Below are positions 1 to 12,346 of a stretch of 64,000 nt of DNA, piece by piece. Source of the DNA: Octopus vulgaris (Eukaryota); the NCBI GenBank assembly GCA_951406725.2, contig OX597833.1, forward strand, positions 66,774,001 through 66,838,000, given 5' to 3'. Position 1 is the first letter of the stretch. Each line of letters starts with the position of its first letter. A program made the position numbers and the translations under genes. The notes under the pieces were generated by a model, which was not told the origin of the DNA, ran no database searches, and saw only the letters and a program-made list of their open reading frames with translations.

Positions 1-173
1 CATACACTAAGATATCAATTTGCGCAGTGAACACAGCTATGTCACTCGGCACATTGCCTCAGGAAAATCACTGCCAAATCTCACTGGATACGTAACCGTT
101 GGCTGACATCTGTTGGTGCACTGCTTAACTATTCAGGGAACTTTCTGATACCACATCGTATAAATATACATAT

Positions 174-204
<31 letters not shown>

Positions 205-339
205 ATGCCTGTATAATACAGGGCGTGCGTTATACTTACTGGCATTAAGAATTTTGCATTTGTATGGTTAGAAGAATATGTAAATGTAGGTAGATTCATG
301 GTTATGTAGCAAGAACATATTGTACATCAGATACTTTGT

Positions 340-351
340 CTATCTTTCCGT

Positions 352-435
<84 letters not shown>

Positions 436-542
436 TTCTATATATATATATCGATCTACCTATCGATCTATCTATCTATCTATCTATCTACGTACGTACG
501 TACATACATACATATGTATATATGTGCGCATATGTCTATGTA

Positions 543-578
<36 letters not shown>

Positions 579-730
579 ATCTATCGTATCTATCATCTAT
601 CTATCTATCTATCTATCTATCTATACATACATATATATATGATCTACCTATCGATCTACCTATCTATCTATATATACATACGTACGTACGTACATACATA
701 CATATGTATATATGTACATTGCATATGTGT
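340..730. repeat. Compound (TCTA)n/(TA)n/(CATA)n microsatellite block
   Basis: Long tatc runs, about 352-436 and 545-620, with ta/cata interruptions. Explains the YLSI ORFs. Confidence 0.95.
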
Positions 731-1729
731 GTGTACATATTTGTCATAAAGGCATACACATGTATATGTATAAACGTACCTATAACTATCCAGAAAAGTA
801 CTTATATATATTTATACATACATATATATGTGTGTGTGTGTGCCTGTGTGTGTTGTGTGTGTGTTAATGTTATAAGTATATATATATATATATATAAATA
901 TATATATACACACGTTTAGATATACATACGTGTACATATACATATATTTATATATATATGTGCATATGTATATGTACACACAATCATATACATGTCGATA
1001 GATATATGACCACGTATGCATATGCATTATGTACAAGCATTCAATGATGGGCAATATGATAATGACCACTCAAAGCGAGACAAGAGGGACCCATTATCTC
1101 TGAACTCATATTAAATATTTATATATTCACACACATTCACACGTACATACACACGCAAATATACGCACAAATGCATACGGTATATATGAATGTTTGATAG
1201 AAATGCCGATATTTCAATATGATACACGTATATTGAAGTTCACAAAGACGTGTGCACCCGTACACGGATGCATATAGCATGAATCTATATATATTCATAT
1301 ATTTACAAGTATCCACATACGCATTTATATATAAACGCAAGCCACAATATATCTATACTTGTGTGGGCACGTGTGTGCTTCTCTATAAATGTCATATTGA
1401 TGTATATGTTACATTACGTATCTAAGTTCATTGAAGCATGAAGTATTTAATATGAATTTAGTACTGAATATAATACGGTTATACAATTGGGAACAAAGTT
1501 AGTAATTTCATGGGGGATGGCTAAAAGGATTGCAGAACTCAACGGGTACTTGTATACCCGACCGCGAGAGAATATAAAAGAAATTCAATGTCAGCGGGAT
1601 TTGAAATGTCCCCAAGAAAGAAAAATGTCTCTAAGCATTTTTGTATGCTCTCAAGATAATGTGAAAATGGTTCAGGGCCATGAAAAAGATAAGGAAATAG
1701 GACCGAATCTGATATCATAGAATAAGGAT

Positions 1730-2432
1730 TCATACATACATATATGCATACACGAATACATGCTTGTATACATACATACATGCATATTTACATACATGCA
1801 TAAATGCATGCTTTCATGCATACTTACATACATGTAGATACGCATACATACATGCATACATGACTTCATACATACATGGATACGTACATACATGCATACA
1901 TAGATACATGCATTTATACATAATACATACATAAATACACACGCATACATACACACATACAAAATTACATACATTTATACATACATACATATGTACATAC
2001 ATACATGCATAAAGCATACACACCATACACACATACATACATACATACATGCATACATACATACATACATGCATACATACATACATACACACATATACAT
2101 TCATACATACACAGAAACATAAATACAGAGAAACACACATACACACATATATACATACATACGCATACATATACACATACATGCATACATATGCACACAC
2201 ATACATACATACATGCATACGTACATGCACACATACATAAATACATAAACATATACATATATACACACATACATACGTACGTACATACATACATACATTC
2301 ATACATACATAAACATATACATACATACACACATACATACATAGATACATACATGCATCTGATCGTACATGCATATATACACACATACATACATACATGC
2401 ATACATACATACATACATACATACATACATAC
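1730..2432. repeat. Degenerate (CATA)n/(CA)n microsatellite block
   Basis: Continuous acat/catg/caca low-complexity sequence. Confidence 0.9.
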
Positions 2433-2804
2433 AAAGCTGCGAATCTGGAAACTTACGTTTTTCCGAAAAGCAAACCAACCTGTTAACACGGACGTTACAG
2501 ATACTATTTGTAAGCAGAACAGTAAAGATACGCAAGATTTTTCTCAAGATCAGCATCGACACCGTGACTCTGCCTTCTTTTCTACATTACGACGATGGGT
2601 GTTGTATCTTTGTTAAAAACAAACGCCTTCGTTTCTTGAAGAATGTACATAATTTAAAATAGAAAGGAATACATACACACACACATAAGCATACGTACAC
2701 AAATATTTACTCTCACACACACATAACCAAACGCACACACACGCCATGAACACACTACACAACTCTCCTCTAATATACATATATATGTGTGTGCGTGTGT
2801 GTGT

Positions 2805-3138
2805 GTGGAAGCGCAATGACCCAGTGGTTAAGGAAGTGGACTGACGGTCGTAGGATCGCATTTTCGATTCCCAGATCGGGCGTTGTAAGTGTCCTTTGGA
2901 ACCCTGCTTTATTCTGCCACCACAACTTTCTCTCACTCTTTCTTCTTGTTTCTGTTGTACCTGTATTTCAAAGGGCCAGCCTTGTCACACTCTGTGTCAC
3001 GCTAAATCTCCCCGAGAACTACGTTAAGTGTACACGAGTCTGTGGAGTGCTCAGCCACTTGCGCGTTAATTTCACGAGCAGGCTGTTTCGTTGATCGGAT
3101 CAAAGGAACCCTTGTCATCGTAACCGACGGCGTGCCAC
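2805..3138 (+). mobile_element. SINE family C (tRNA-derived head), internally deleted copy
   Basis: Head gtggaagcgcaatgacccagtggttaagg..ttcgattccc carries A/B-box-like motifs. Body is colinear with 10121-10504. Confidence 0.85.
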
Positions 3139-3149
3139 GAAATACATAC

Positions 3150-3198
<49 letters not shown>

Positions 3199-3225
3199 TA
3201 TACATACATATATACATATATATAC

Positions 3226-3293
<68 letters not shown>

Positions 3294-3300
3294 GTACATG

Positions 3301-3334
<34 letters not shown>

Positions 3335-3713
3335 CGTGTGTATGTGTGTATGTATGTGTGTATATATTGAGTATAGAGGCACCCCCTAAAAGGGATATTA
3401 ACGTCCAAGCTTCGTCGGTTTAATCTTGTATATCAATGTAAAAGTTGAAGAGTCCAGTAGAGCGTAATGGTATTGGTGCTTATTGTTTGAACAGGAACCA
3501 CTTGAGTCTATTACGGATATAAGTCGCTATATCAAGATGCAAGCTTTTCATTTTTAATTTATTAATTTGTAATTGATTGCGTCAACTATGGAAACAAATT
3601 GGTTACAGAAAATTTTGACAAAATGTAAATAAATTGAATTTCCTCATTTTCTCCTTATAAGGCGCGGGAGTGGCTGTCTGATAAGTAGCTTGCATGAAGT
3701 AAGGGGTTCAATA

Positions 3714-3946
3714 CCTATTTCTTTATTACCCACAAGGGGTTAAACATAGAGGGGACAAACAAAGACAGACATAGGTATTAAGTCGATTACATCGACCCCA
3801 TTGCGGAACTGGTACTTAATTTATCGACCCCGAAAGGATGAAAGGCAAAGTCAACCTCGGCGGAATTTGAACTTAGAACGTAACGACAGACGAAATATCG
3901 CTAAGCATTTCGCCCGGCGTGCTAACCTTTCTGGCAGCTTGCCGCC
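3714..3946 (-). mobile_element. SINE family A (tRNA head, central gtcgactttgcctttcatcctttcggggtcgataaattaagtacc domain, probably Meta/MESC-like)
   Basis: Full-length reverse copy. Candidate TSD ttcaata at 3707-3713 and 3947-3953. Confidence 0.9.
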
Positions 3947-3952
3947 TTCAAT

Positions 3953-4445
3953 AAGGGATTCAATACCTAGTTTTGTTTTTTGTGTAAAAAATAATGTTTT
4001 AATTTCTAAATGGACTATTAAGTCCAAAAATTGTAAAACGGTTGTAAGAGGTTCAATACCTCGGTTTGATTTTTTGTGTAAAAAATAATAATGATTTAAA
4101 TTGTAAATGGACAATTAAATCTAAAAATTGTAAAACGGAAGTAAATGATTCAATACCTGGGTTTGTTTTTTGGGTAAAAAGTAATAATTATTTAATTTGT
4201 AAAATGGAATATTAAGTCCAATAACTGTAAAACGGAAGTGAGAGATTCAATACCTGGGTTTCTTTTTTGTGTTACAAATATTAATGTTTCAATTTGTAAA
4301 TGGCCAATTAAGTCCAAAAGTTGTAAGTCCCCAAAACAAACAAACCGAGGTATTGAACCTCTTACTTCTGTTTTACAATTATTGGACTTAATTGTCCATT
4401 TACAAATTGAAACATTAATATTTTTAACACACAAAAAAAGAAACC
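3953..4445. repeat. Tandem array of about 95-bp units (4 direct, 1 inverted)
   Basis: Units start near 3954, 4046, 4143 and 4240 (..ttcaatacct..gttttttgtgt..taaatgga..aagtcca..tgtaaaacgg). Reverse-complement unit at about 4333-4445. Confidence 0.85.
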
Positions 4446-4595
4446 GAATCAGAAATCCGGGATCTGGAAGTATCCAGATCTCGCACGAGGAGTTTTAGGC
4501 GGGCAATTTAAACTGGTCGTGTGCATACGTGCATATACATGTATGTATTCGTTCGTATATGTAAGTATGTTATATATATAAATGTATTTGTATTT

Positions 4596-4644
<49 letters not shown>

Positions 4645-4647
<3 letters not shown>

Positions 4648-4869
4648 GCGAGAATGAAGCAACAAGAATGGATAGGTTTTATACAATCGTTTCATACAAG
4701 GACAGGTTTTATTAAAGTTGCAAAAATTACAGCATATAAACGTGTCCCGTACTCATCAGTACGGGACAGGTTTATATGCTGTAATTTTTGCAACTTTTAA
4801 TAAAACCTGTCCTTGTATGAAACGATTGTACTAAAAACCTATCCATTCTTGTTGCTTCATTCTCGCTTA
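4645..4869. repeat. Near-perfect palindrome (fold-back) of about 225 bp
   Basis: taagcgagaatgaagcaac...cccgtact|catc|agtacggg...gttgcttcattctcgctta. Arms differ at only a few positions. Confidence 0.95.
4680..4761 (-). ncRNA. Hammerhead ribozyme motif, intact core, long stem II
   Basis: Minus strand: ta CTGATGA gtacgggacacgttt...aaacctgtccttgtat GAAAC gatt GTA ta. Stem I is only about 2 bp in this context. Confidence 0.65.
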
Positions 4870-4985
4870 TAATCACCCCACATTACTGTATTGTTAAATC
4901 AGTATAGTTTTTTTTGGTGCATCTAAATTAGGTACCATATTCAAGTAAATTCATTTAAATTAACTTGAATCTTTATTGCTTTTTG

Positions 4986-5039
<54 letters not shown>

Positions 5040-5250
5040 ATGTATTTGTATGTATCTGTGTATATTCCAATGATTTCTTATGCAGAGCCAGAAATCCGGG
5101 ATCTGGAATTATCCAATTAAATTTTTGCTAGTTTATTTTGTCATTTTGTCTTCTCTGCTGATGCTGTATTAACATTTAATATGGTTTTAGAGTAAAGTTT
5201 TGACTGTTATTTCCAGCGAGGTGGTATCTCTTAGTTACCCTAAAATATAA

Positions 5251-5398
<148 letters not shown>

Positions 5399-5746
5399 TA
5401 CACACACACACATATATATATATATATTACCTATATACGAGTTATTTTGGGATACATGTCGTTACTCGGTAAACAATAAGCGCGAAATAATTATATATAT
5501 ACACCCACTGATGATAGTCCACCAAAATGTGAACTTAGGGGATAGAAACGGTGAGACAAAGGGGAATATTGTAACTGTATAAGGGGGCCACAATTTGTGA
5601 TTTTGTGAGATTATTCGAAACTTCTAAATTACACCGCTGGTCAATTATACACACATGCATGCATACATACATTATACATCCATACGTACATGAGTACATA
5701 CATACATATATATGTATATACATACATTATACATATAGAAATGTAA

Positions 5747-5813
<67 letters not shown>

Positions 5814-6072
5814 CGTGTGTGTGTATGTGTGTGCGTGTGTATGTATATATAGATGCATAGCCCGTTGAGTATGTAACGTAATTATATCTACCATTAATCT
5901 TCTTTGCAACATCAGTAATTGGTTCTGGGAATTGGTAGAACGTTCTTCCACGCGCGCACGCACACACACACGCACAGACACACTGACATACACGTACACC
6001 CAGACACACTGACATACACGTACACACAGACACACCTTGAGCGCACTGGAAAATAAATCTGTGTATATATAT

Positions 6073-6117
<45 letters not shown>

Positions 6118-6496
6118 CACAGACACAGACATTGACACAGGCACACACACAGACACAGACACAAGCACACACACACACACACACAGAGATATATATATAC
6201 TCATGCATAACCCCATACATGTATATATGCTCAGAAATTACACGTCCACACAAACAGAGACAAGCACACACACACATATACACATAATATGTAAGTATAT
6301 GTTGCGTTGTTAGAGCAAAGAGAGGAAATAGAACTTAACACTTGTGAACTTCTTCAAACTTTTATAATCGGCCGGAAGTTACAAAAGTGACACGTTTGCA
6401 TAATATTCGCCATTGTGATAAGCATTATGAAGGCGCGAAATTGTTTTGCTTTGAATCCATTTTGTAACTTTCTACAGAAATAAAAAGAAATATTGA

Positions 6497-6695
6497 TTCA
6501 AAATATCGACACAAGGCCAGCAATTTCGGTGGAGTGAGGAAGTCGATTGCATCGAACTTAATGCATGACTGCTATTTATTTTATCGACCCCGAAAGGATG
6601 AGAGACAAAAATGACATCAACGAAACTTGAACTCAGAACGTGAGGACCGCCGAAATGCTCCTAAAAGTCTCGCCCCGGCGTGCTAACGATTCTGT
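6497..6695 (-). mobile_element. SINE family A, diverged copy
   Basis: tttatcgaccccgaaaggatga...ttgaactcagaacg...cggcgtgctaacgattctg. Confidence 0.8.
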
Positions 6696-6825
6696 CTTGG
6701 TTTTAAATGTTGGAACATATATATATATATATAGATATATCTGGGGTACTTATATGTACTCATGATTTTTGCTTCGGCTTTTTCCATGGTCGCATGTAAG
6801 TATCTTATATATATCCTTTCGTAAG

Positions 6826-6886
6826 TTCTACTGAAGAGGAAAACAATCTTTTATGAAATTAATTCTGAAATTGATTCAATATAGAA
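6826..6886 (+). ncRNA. Type-I hammerhead ribozyme motif, intact core
   Basis: ttcta CTGAAGA ggaa...ttct GAAA ttgattca ATA tagaa. Stem I is ttcta/tagaa and stem III is the palindromic attga-t-tcaat. Lies in a cassette of about 310 bp between (TA)n tracts. Confidence 0.7.
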
Positions 6887-7050
6887 ATAACGAACTTTTT
6901 TAAAAAATGGTATCGGCCGGCTTTCCCCGATTTTCAGTTCTTCGTGTTTTTTTCTGTAGCGAGTAAATAATATGTGGAAATTAACGATTTAATAGTCTGT
7001 TATCAGCATATTGGCATTGAAATAATTTTCTTTAGCCCATACTTATAAGT

Positions 7051-7102
<52 letters not shown>

Positions 7103-7126
7103 TCAGTTGTTGTTAATTACGAAAAC

Positions 7127-7265
<139 letters not shown>

Positions 7266-8260
7266 AGTCTGTCTATTTATCTATGTGTTTGATTTGTTCT
7301 CAAATATCTCATGACGTATGACTTTTGACTGATTCCACAACCAAAGCGGTACATAAGCAATTCAGCTCACCCCACATTCAACCAGGCTGCCTGGGAGCCA
7401 AGCAGCCGGACAACCAGGCATTCAGGCAACCAGGCAGCCTTGCAATCATATTTCCATCGCGATACTCTACGAACTCCAGAGAAAAAATATAAAATGAGTC
7501 GGGGAAAGTTATTAGAAACAAACCACTTCGAAGTTACAAGTAATCCGAGTTTCATCATTATGCTCCGTATCTTCACACCAAGACAAAATGCTGTACAGAC
7601 ATGTTTCTTTTTGCTTTGTTTTTGTTTTTTTTTTGTTTCTAAAACGATGCTTTTGATAGAAGCTATTATATGTCATCGAAAACAAATTATATATGTCTAC
7701 GGTGAATGTGCCGGTCGGTTAGCTGTGTGTTTTTAACCTTCCGGGTAGATAATGTTTTAAAGAGACGACAGGGGAATGTATACGAGTCAATCTACACCGG
7801 GTCATTAGCGCAAAGCAGCGAACCTGAAACTGTAAATACGTTCCATCTGGAGCGCTCATCTTTCTACTTTCACTTTCTACTTTCACTTCAGTTCCCTTCA
7901 TCATATAGAGATATTCAATTTATGTACATTTACATAAATACATACTTGGACGCATAGACATGCACACACAAACACACACACGCACACACACACACACGCA
8001 CACACACACACTCACATACGTATGTGTGTGTATGCATGTTTACACAAATATGCATATACAAAAATGTATACAAATATATGTAAACAGGTATGTATATGTA
8101 TGCATATCTGTATATATATGTGTGTCAAAATTATATATATATCTATACATATATGTAAATAAATACTGATATAATCATATACATATATATATATATATTT
8201 GTATACACATACATATATCTATACACACACATATATATACACACATCCATATATGCATAC

Positions 8261-8302
<42 letters not shown>

Positions 8303-8334
8303 TTCTAAAGAGATATATATATATATATATATAT

Positions 8335-8429
<95 letters not shown>

Positions 8430-8808
8430 GTATATATATATACATGGAAGAGCCCGCCAATTTCGTACACTGTCGTCTGCCACCCTTTTTCTACGCTGTT
8501 ATCTGTCTATTTACCTATATCTTTAGATATTTACATACTAATATATATATACTCATATACACATTCGTAAACACATATCTGCAAACGCATATATCACACT
8601 CTCTCTCTCCCTCACACACACACACACGCATACATACACACACACGTTTACAAATATCCATATATACACAAAAGCAGACACGAATATTCATGTATAAAAA
8701 GTTTGTAAAGTTTGTATATAAAGTACTTTTCGGCTGGCTGCATGTACATTATGACATATATATATGCTTATACATACATGTACAACATATGCAACAAATA
8801 ATTATATA

Positions 8809-8845
<37 letters not shown>

Positions 8846-9076
8846 ATAATAGCATGGTAATAAAAATTTTCGAAATTTTTACTACCAGTAGCCTAGCGCA
8901 TAGAAAAATTTAGTCAATATAATATTATTCATATAAAATACAGTTTACATTTAAACGCATTAAGAGGTATCCATCATAGGACTCCCTTACGCTAGTAAAA
9001 ACAGCTAAAGTCCAAACCACTAATTAGAGATAAATTCTCGAAGGGAATGAAAAATAAAAGCATTTACCATCTATTT

Positions 9077-9145
9077 CCTGGACCACGGTTTCTGACTTTT
9101 CTTAGCAAATAAAATAATTTGCTAGGTGAAGTCTTCGTCAACAGG
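9077..9145 (-). ncRNA. Minimal type-I hammerhead motif (C3U variant)
   Basis: Minus strand: cctg TTGACGA a gactt..ctagcaaat-tatttt-atttgctaa..aagtc a GAAAC cgtg GTC cagg. Confidence 0.7.
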
Positions 9146-9272
9146 TACCGAGACGTTAGCTGTGCTTTCTAGCGTAAGGAAGCCTTTTAATATGTTTTAA
9201 CTACATTTATAGTCTTCGTACAAACAAATACGTAAGGGGATTCATAGAAAGACGTGAAATTGCGTTGCTGCT

Positions 9273-9494
9273 TAATCACTGTTCCAAGGTAATCTTTTTA
9301 AGTAATATTTTAATTCATTATTTACAGTATTAACATTATTTACATCTGACGGATATTTGTCCTCATCTTGTTTCTTCTTAACACAAAGTTTCGGCTGATA
9401 TACCCTCCAGCCTCCATCAGGTGTCTTGGAGAAATTTCGAACCTGGGTTCTCATTCCTAAGATATTTTTCGATGTTATTATTATTATTATTATT

Positions 9495-9526
<32 letters not shown>

Positions 9527-9582
9527 TCAATCACTGCCTGGAATCGAACTCGGATTCTTGGGCTTTTAATTCACGTTCTTAA
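9273..9582 (-). mobile_element. Candidate SINE-like element with tRNA-like head and hammerhead-containing tail
   Basis: Minus strand: B-box gagttcgattcc (9540-9551), then a (tga)n/(taa)n linker, then acac CTGATGG a ggctg..cagcc GAAAC ttt gtgt (9381-9424). Confidence 0.6.
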
Positions 9583-9744
9583 AAGTAATGGGTGGGTATG
9601 TTGCTATTTATTTTGCCTGCCCCTGTGCAAACGCATACATATACGCATATACACTAAAACACGCACAAACACACACATTATTTTATTCTTTTATTCTGTT
9701 ACTTGTTTCAGTCGTTTGACTGTGGCCATACTGTAGCACCGCCT

Positions 9745-9829
<85 letters not shown>

Positions 9830-10120
9830 TTGTGTGTGCGAGCTGGCGTGTGTGTATGTACGTGTTTGTGTTGTGCGTGTATACAGAACGATATATATTC
9901 ATGTACAACAGATATACAGGTGTGCATATATACACATATGAACATCCACGTAGACATGCCTTGTTTTTAAGAAATATTAATTCAAATTATTATTTTCAAA
10001 TAATATTTTGGAACATTGTTGAAACAACAGCGAAATTTCATGACTTCGCCTGCATCGAGTTTGAGACGTTTCCGATAAGGCAGAATTCCGGTTTACCCCC
10101 TAATTACTTTTTTTATTGGC

Positions 10121-10504
10121 GTGGAGGCGCAATGGCCCAGTGGTTAGGGCAGCGGACTCGCGGTCATAGGATCGTGGTTTCGATTCCCAGACCGGGCGTT
10201 GTGAGTGTTTACTGAGCGAAAACACCTAAAGCTCCACGAGGCTCCGGCAGGGGATGGTGGTGATCCCTGCTGTACTCTTTCACCACAACTTTCTCTCACT
10301 CTTACTTCCTGTTTCTGTTGTACCTGTATTTCAAAGGGCCGGCCTTGTCACTCTCTGTGTCACGCTGAATATCCCCGAGAACTACGTTAAGGGTACACGT
10401 GTCTGTGGAGTGCTCAGCCACTTACACGTTAATTTCACGAGTAGACTGTTCCGTTGATTCGGATCAACCGGAACCCTCGTCGTCGTAACCGACGGAGTGC
10501 TTCC
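10121..10504 (+). mobile_element. SINE family C, full-length
   Basis: Head gtggaggcgcaatggcccagtggttagggcagcgg..ggtttcgattccc. Tail cgtcgtaaccgacggagtgc. Confidence 0.9.
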
Positions 10505-10829
10505 ACACACTTCTTTTATTGTTTGGAATTTTCAGAACATTTGTACGAATTTGGGTTCTACACACAAGAATTCATTCGATTATGAAAAGAAATTATTAAT
10601 TTTTTTTAAAACCATGAGAACTGGAAATAAAATCGAAAACGAAAGGTTTTTAAACAAAAGCAAAACAAAGATAAGCGTTTTCTACAAATTTTCATTTCAT
10701 ATTTCTACAAATATTGAGACAGTGGTTATTCAAAAGATATTCAGACTCGGTTTATCACCTGATGAAAGGAAAGGAAGAACTCCAAGGACTGGAAATTGGA
10801 ATCTTTGAGTTGTAATATATATATATATA

Positions 10830-11218
10830 CAAGCAGTATCGCCCGGTGTTGCTCGGGTTTGTAAGGGAAATAACTATATAAGCATTTTTAGAGAGTTATA
10901 GCCAAAAATAGCCAAAAAATGCATTAAAAAATGGAAAAAAAAATGATGGTAAATTTTTTTTTAAATCGTTGACTCATCGTAGACATTTTTAGAGAGTTAC
11001 TTCCCTTATATAATAGCGAAAAAATGCATTAAAATGGAAAAAAAAAATTTTCTTAATCGTAGACTCATCGTAGACGCGCGCTAATACCCAGAAGGGCTCG
11101 ATATGAATCACGACTATAAGATACCCGGTTTTGGTTAAACTGCACCTCAAAATGTGGGAGTAGTTAGGAATCTAAATCGTAGGAGACAGACACACAACTT
11201 GACTTTTATATATAAAGA
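10830..11218 (-). mobile_element. Non-autonomous Helitron
   Basis: Minus strand begins a|TCtttatatataaaag and ends with hairpin cccgagcaacaccggg plus gatactgCTTG|t (CTAG in other copies). Matches 25446-25842. Confidence 0.88.
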
Positions 11219-11288
11219 TATATAACATAAAAGAACATGGATTTGGAATCCGTGCAGGTACTTTATTAACAGATATGGCTAACCACAA

Positions 11289-11499
11289 GGCGGCGAGCTG
11301 GCAGAAACGTTAGCACGCCGGGCGATATCCGTAGCCGTATTTCGTCTGCCGTTACGTTCTGAGTTCAAATTCCGCCGAGGTCGACTTTGCCCTTCATCCT
11401 TTCGGGGTCGATAAATTAAATACCAGTTACACACTGGGGTAGATGTAAACGACTTAATCTGTTTGTCTGTGTTTAGCCCCTTGTGGGTAATAAAGAAAT
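11289..11499 (+). mobile_element. SINE family A, full-length with TSD
   Basis: ggcggcgagctggcagaaacgttagc...aataaagaaat. Flanking repeat agatatgg(ct/cc)aaccaca at 11271-11287 and 11500-11516. Confidence 0.92.
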
Positions 11500-11786
11500 A
11501 GATATGGCCAACCACACTGAATGATAGGGAGCATACAGAACTGTTTAACATAAAGAATTCCACGGTACTTCACTCAAAAGGAAATTCCTGAGTTCGCTCC
11601 CTTGGATTTTATAAAGAAGAATGGAGAACTTTACATCTTCAGAATTTTGTTTATTACAGTCCTGCTATTCCCATTAAATTCTTATCCGACACGAGTTTCT
11701 GTTGGATAAGCGTCCTGAAGTATTCTTTGATGTACAATTTATGTGAAGTCATTTGCTTCAGTTGCTGTACATATTCATTCAAACTA

Positions 11787-12346
11787 TTGGGCTGTCGGAA
11801 AGTTCGTGCCGATTTTTAAAGGAAAGAAAAAGGTCAATAAATACTTGCCATTACATTGATTAAATCAACTAAATATGAACCATTTTGTTGCACAATGCGT
11901 CTCCATCTTTCCTTTAACTTGAAAATACCCTCTTCCCAGAATTGAGGTGGTTTCATGGCAAATAATTCATCAAGGTATCTTTTTACATCATCCAAGGAAT
12001 TGAAATTTTTACCATTAAGAGTATTCTGCAGAGACCTGAATTAGTGGAAATCCGAAGGAGCAATATCTGGTGAATATGGTGGTTGGGGTAACACATGCCA
12101 GCTCAGCTGCAGTAATTTTTGTGTGGTTCCCAAAGCATCAAGTGCCGAAAATGAACTTTATTATCTTTCATTTTAAAGGTTACAGAATTAACACAGGAAC
12201 ATAAACCTTCTTCCACGAAAAGATAGCTTAAACTGTGCTCTAAACGGAGGTGTAGTCAAATCCTATTTTATGGACTCAAGCATGTTCTAAAATAAGTCGA
12301 AAGGTAAGCTACTTATAAATCGGCACGAACTTTCCGGACAACCCAA
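11787..12346 (-). mobile_element. Mariner internal-deletion derivative with TIRs
   Basis: TA-flanked TIRs ttggg(c/t)tgtc(c)ggaaagttcgtgccgattt. Minus strand encodes MKDNKVHFRHLMLWE joined to ..WHVLPQPPYSPDIAPSDFH..KLKERWRRIVQQNGSY. Confidence 0.93.

Noticed and set aside
2451-2585. Possible minus-strand exon ending at a gtaagt donor
   Set aside because: One frame is open, but the peptide is unrecognisable, the acceptor is weak and no partner exons are visible.
4451-5116. 26-bp direct repeat agaaatccgggatctggaa(g/t)tatcca at about 4451 and 5090
   Set aside because: Could be a TSD or a small duplication, but the enclosed sequence is not one coherent element.
5505-5556. CTGATGA..GAAAC hammerhead-like motif
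   Set aside because: No NUH triplet or stem I partner follows GAAAC, so it was not counted.
7735-7835. Possible small exon in unique sequence
   Set aside because: No recognisable protein similarity and ambiguous splice sites.
10121-10195. tRNA gene call for SINE heads
   Set aside because: The A/B boxes run into multi-copy SINE bodies, and I see no complete cloverleaf or terminator.
11273-11288. 16-bp match atatggctaaccacaa with the Helitron insert near 47513
   Set aside because: Too short to distinguish capture from chance.
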